A stretch of DNA of 63,934 nt, filler included, from an uncultured Myxococcia bacterium (GTDB taxonomy: Bacteria > CAZTWC01), in the NCBI GenBank assembly GCA_964617105.1. It is 3 parts of 3 records of this genome, joined end to end, with 100 filler letters (N's around TTAATTAATTAA, not from the genome) between each part and the next. Parts side by side here need not be neighbours in the genome. Positions count along the whole stretch, not along the records: positions 53,041 to 63,934 come from CAZTWC010000107.1; 2 more parts are not named here. One strand, 5' to 3'. Shown here piece after piece: positions 61,668 to 63,934 of the stretch (its first letter is position 1; each line of letters starts with the position of its first letter). The notes under the pieces were generated by a model. The model had not been told where the DNA came from and did not search any database. It saw nothing but the letters and a program-made list of their open reading frames with translations. The position numbers were made by a program, and so were the translations under genes.

Positions 61668-62462
61668 TTAAAATTGACATATATTTTTGTTGTAAAAGCG
61701 CAGAACGCTGCCTGTAGACGTTTTCAGTTCGATAGTCCGGGATGTCACTTCGCCCAGCCTGTCACCGTTATCTATAAAGTTGACAATCCCCCAGTCGAAA
61801 CCATAGGGGAAGGCGAAAGTTCCCTGGTTTTGATAAAGGCTGGATTCCGTCCAGCCAAGTGATATGGCGTTGTCTTTGACCGCATCCACCTGGGCGATAG
61901 CCCAATCACTTACCGGATTGCAAATCGGCAAAGTTGCATCTGCTGGAAACATAAAGATAGTTTTCCCTTTGTTGTTGAGTGAAGGCATCGGCAGAATATT
62001 GAGCCGGCGTTTGGCAGCATCAAAATCGTCTGGATTAAAAAATCTATTGGCCAGAGATTTGATACTGTTAAAGCGGATATCAACTATTTCGGCGATTTTA
62101 CGGTCAACCAATTTTTTCTCTACCGCCCGTTTAAAATTAAAAAATCGTTTTGTAATCCACATAAAATAATCGGGTGATAGACGTCTATATTTTTTACCGC
62201 CATGCAAAATATCCTCTCTGGCTGTGCCAGCCTTAAGTCCATCTAATATTTCCAAATCGGTCGCCACCCAGATATCAACATTCCGCTTGTCACAAACATT
62301 GCAGCGTTGTAATTGATATTGACTTTGCAACTGCCATTTTGGAAGTTGATTTTGGGGTTTACAGGCTGCCAGCCGCTGCTGCGTAACGTTGGATGTAGCA
62401 TTCATCATCCCCTCTCTCCCTCTTCCTGATTCGATTCCCTGGTTTGCCGTTGGCATTGTCAA
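61668..62462 (-). CDS. Hypothetical phage protein, paralog B
   Basis: Aligns over full length with 62479-63357. Confidence 0.8.
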   Translation of the reverse strand: MTMPTANQGIESGRGREGMMNATSNVTQQRLAACKPQNQLPKWQLQSQYQLQRCNVCDKRNVDIWVATDLEILDGLKAGTAREDILHGGKKYRRLSPDYFMWITKRFFNFKRAVEKKLVDRKIAEIVDIRFNSIKSLANRFFNPDDFDAAKRRLNILPMPSLNNKGKTIFMFPADATLPICNPVSDWAIAQVDAVKDNAISLGWTESSLYQNQGTFAFPYGFDWGIVNFIDNGDRLGEVTSRTIELKTSTGSVLRFYNKNICQF

Positions 62463-62478
62463 ATTCCCCTTGTTTCAA

Positions 62479-63357
62479 TTAACGACGTAAATATTTTTTA
62501 TTTAAAACGGGATTGAATTCGCCCGTGGACGAAATCACCTCGATATACCGAGAAGTGACATTTTCAATAATGTCCCCACGGTTAATGACATTAACCAATC
62601 CCCATTCATATCCGTATGGAAATGAGGCTGTTCCTTGGTTCTGATAAAGACCAGGCTCCGTCCAACCCAGATGGAGTGCTTCATCTTGGATAGTATCTAC
62701 CAGAGACAAAACATAATCGGTTACCGGATTGAAAATCGGCAATTTCTCATTTGCAGGGTACATAAATGGAGTTGGCTTTTCATCTTCGGGGGAAATCATT
62801 GGAAATGTTTTTAGTCTGATTTCGGCAGAATCATAATCTTGTTGATTAAAAATTTTTTCTGCCCAGAAATGAATCTCCTGTAAGAGTGATTCAATTATTA
62901 TTGAAGTTTCACTGTCAATTAACTGTCTTTCTTTCATCCACTTAAAAGATTGAAACCGTTTTTTAATCCACAAAAAGTAATCCGGAGACAGACGCCTGAA
63001 AATTTTATCAGCATGCAAGATATCCTCTCGAACAGTATTTGGCTCGGTAATCTCGAGAATTTCCAAATCTGTTGCCGCCCAAATATTTACCTGCCGTTCA
63101 TCACAGATACGATAGCGTTGTAATTCATTTTTGCTTTGAGTTTGCCATTTATTGGCAAACATGGCGTTGCAGGTAACCAGTCGGCGCTGCGAATAGTTGG
63201 ATGTAGCCTTTTTGATTTTCATCTTCTTTTTTTGAACTGATTCGACTCTTGGATTTGCTTTTTGCATTGTCAAATTCTCCATTTTATTTTTTGTGTCATT
63301 GTAATGCTTTGAAATGACATTGATTTTTTCCCAAAAGCACCTCCCTTGTTTTTTCAC
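62479..63357 (-). CDS. Hypothetical phage protein, paralog A
   Basis: Shared blocks W.ATDLEIL, REDILH, RRLSPDYF.WI.KRF, LGWTE..LYQNQGT..FPYG..WG. Confidence 0.8.
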   Translation of the reverse strand: MKKQGRCFWEKINVISKHYNDTKNKMENLTMQKANPRVESVQKKKMKIKKATSNYSQRRLVTCNAMFANKWQTQSKNELQRYRICDERQVNIWAATDLEILEITEPNTVREDILHADKIFRRLSPDYFLWIKKRFQSFKWMKERQLIDSETSIIIESLLQEIHFWAEKIFNQQDYDSAEIRLKTFPMISPEDEKPTPFMYPANEKLPIFNPVTDYVLSLVDTIQDEALHLGWTEPGLYQNQGTASFPYGYEWGLVNVINRGDIIENVTSRYIEVISSTGEFNPVLNKKYLRR

Positions 63358-63363
63358 TTAAAA

Positions 63364-63912
63364 CTATGTACTTATAATATAGTTATTAGTGAAAAAACGG
63401 GGGAATCGCTTTTGTCCATTTTTACCTACAATTTCAAAAGGTTCTGAAAGACCGGGGTAACTTTTCAAAAAATCGACTGCACAAGATACTTTTTCTGGAC
63501 CATTTATGAACACATCGATTTTGGTTCTATTTTTTCTGGCGCTGGCCATTAGTGAAATTCTTTTCAATCCCAACTCCTCTCTCACAGCATCCTTGAATCG
63601 ATAGAATGCTGATTTAGAAATTTTTCTGTCTTTGACAATATTTTTCCAAAAACCCGATTTTTTCAGATATTCTTTTACCTCCGGAGAGGGCCTGGCGTCC
63701 TTACCGACAACCGGCCAAAGAGTTCGGGCCGGACAGACAAATCCCATTGTTTTAAGTTGCTGTTTGAAGTATTTACGAACCAGCGATAATGCTTTTTCTG
63801 TTTTTGGCGGTTTTTTCCGGCCCAATATGTCATCGATTGACACCAGTTTTGCAACTGGTAAATCTGGTATAACCAGGTTGGTTAGCAGGAAAATTTCCTT
63901 AGATGAATCCAA
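63364..63912 (-). CDS. Hypothetical phage protein (start uncertain, may extend beyond window)
   Basis: 182-aa basic ORF co-oriented with the operon. Confidence 0.6.
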   Translation of the reverse strand: MDSSKEIFLLTNLVIPDLPVAKLVSIDDILGRKKPPKTEKALSLVRKYFKQQLKTMGFVCPARTLWPVVGKDARPSPEVKEYLKKSGFWKNIVKDRKISKSAFYRFKDAVREELGLKRISLMASARKNRTKIDVFINGPEKVSCAVDFLKSYPGLSEPFEIVGKNGQKRFPRFFTNNYIIST

Positions 63913-63934
63913 ACAAGGTCGAATACGATTTATG

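Larger units (their letters stand above)
53041..63934. mobile_element. Prophage / phage genome fragment (packaging module and early-like genes)
   Basis: Terminase, portal and head morphogenesis genes in canonical order, BRO-like gene, tyrosine recombinase. Confidence 0.9.

Noticed and set aside
1-63934. CRISPR array, tRNA or rRNA genes
   Set aside because: No regularly spaced repeats or cloverleaf/rRNA signatures recognised by eye; the 12-nt repeats at 16770-16905 are coding.

Overview
The window joins three contigs with artificial N-padded TTAATTAATTAA spacers (26656-26755 and 52941-53040), so genes on either side of a spacer are not real neighbours. Contig 1 (1-26655) is an accessory mosaic. 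It carries a 7TM-DISM/GAF/PP2C sensor, two tandem TRAP DctP genes, a peroxiredoxin-glutaredoxin gene with a frameshifted disulfide reductase, and a broken Big_1/beta-propeller surface protein. It also holds a degraded defence island: excisionase-HTH, HhH+DUF4007, Eco57I-like methyltransferase, AlbA_2-ATPase, the start of a putative P-loop ATPase, serine recombinase/DUF2924, Rpn and IS scraps. Many genes here have internal deletions or abrupt joins, so amplification or assembly chimerism is a serious possibility. Contig 2 (26756-52940) is core chromosome of a low-GC deltaproteobacterium, probably Myxococcota-like: uvrA (chimeric 3' end), pdxA, two parvulins, pyrC, ahbC, HU, SpoIID, a propeller-HK-REC-PP2C hybrid, dksA, FHA, an NSS transporter, gltX, glnS, der, era and a cyclophilin. 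Contig 3 (53041-63934) is a phage or prophage fragment with head morphogenesis, portal and terminase genes. The best candidate for a new system is a 2.7-kb opposite-strand cassette between the putative small and the large terminase genes. It contains a stand-alone integrase N-terminal (SAM-like) protein and a full tyrosine recombinase, each behind the same CTTGACTTC-N11-AAGCAARCATG motif. It also has four AAGGTCRCAGA half-sites that bracket the recombinase, two of them forming a lox/dif-like palindrome, plus two antitoxin-like genes and a RelE toxin. All family assignments come from motif recognition by eye, not database searches.
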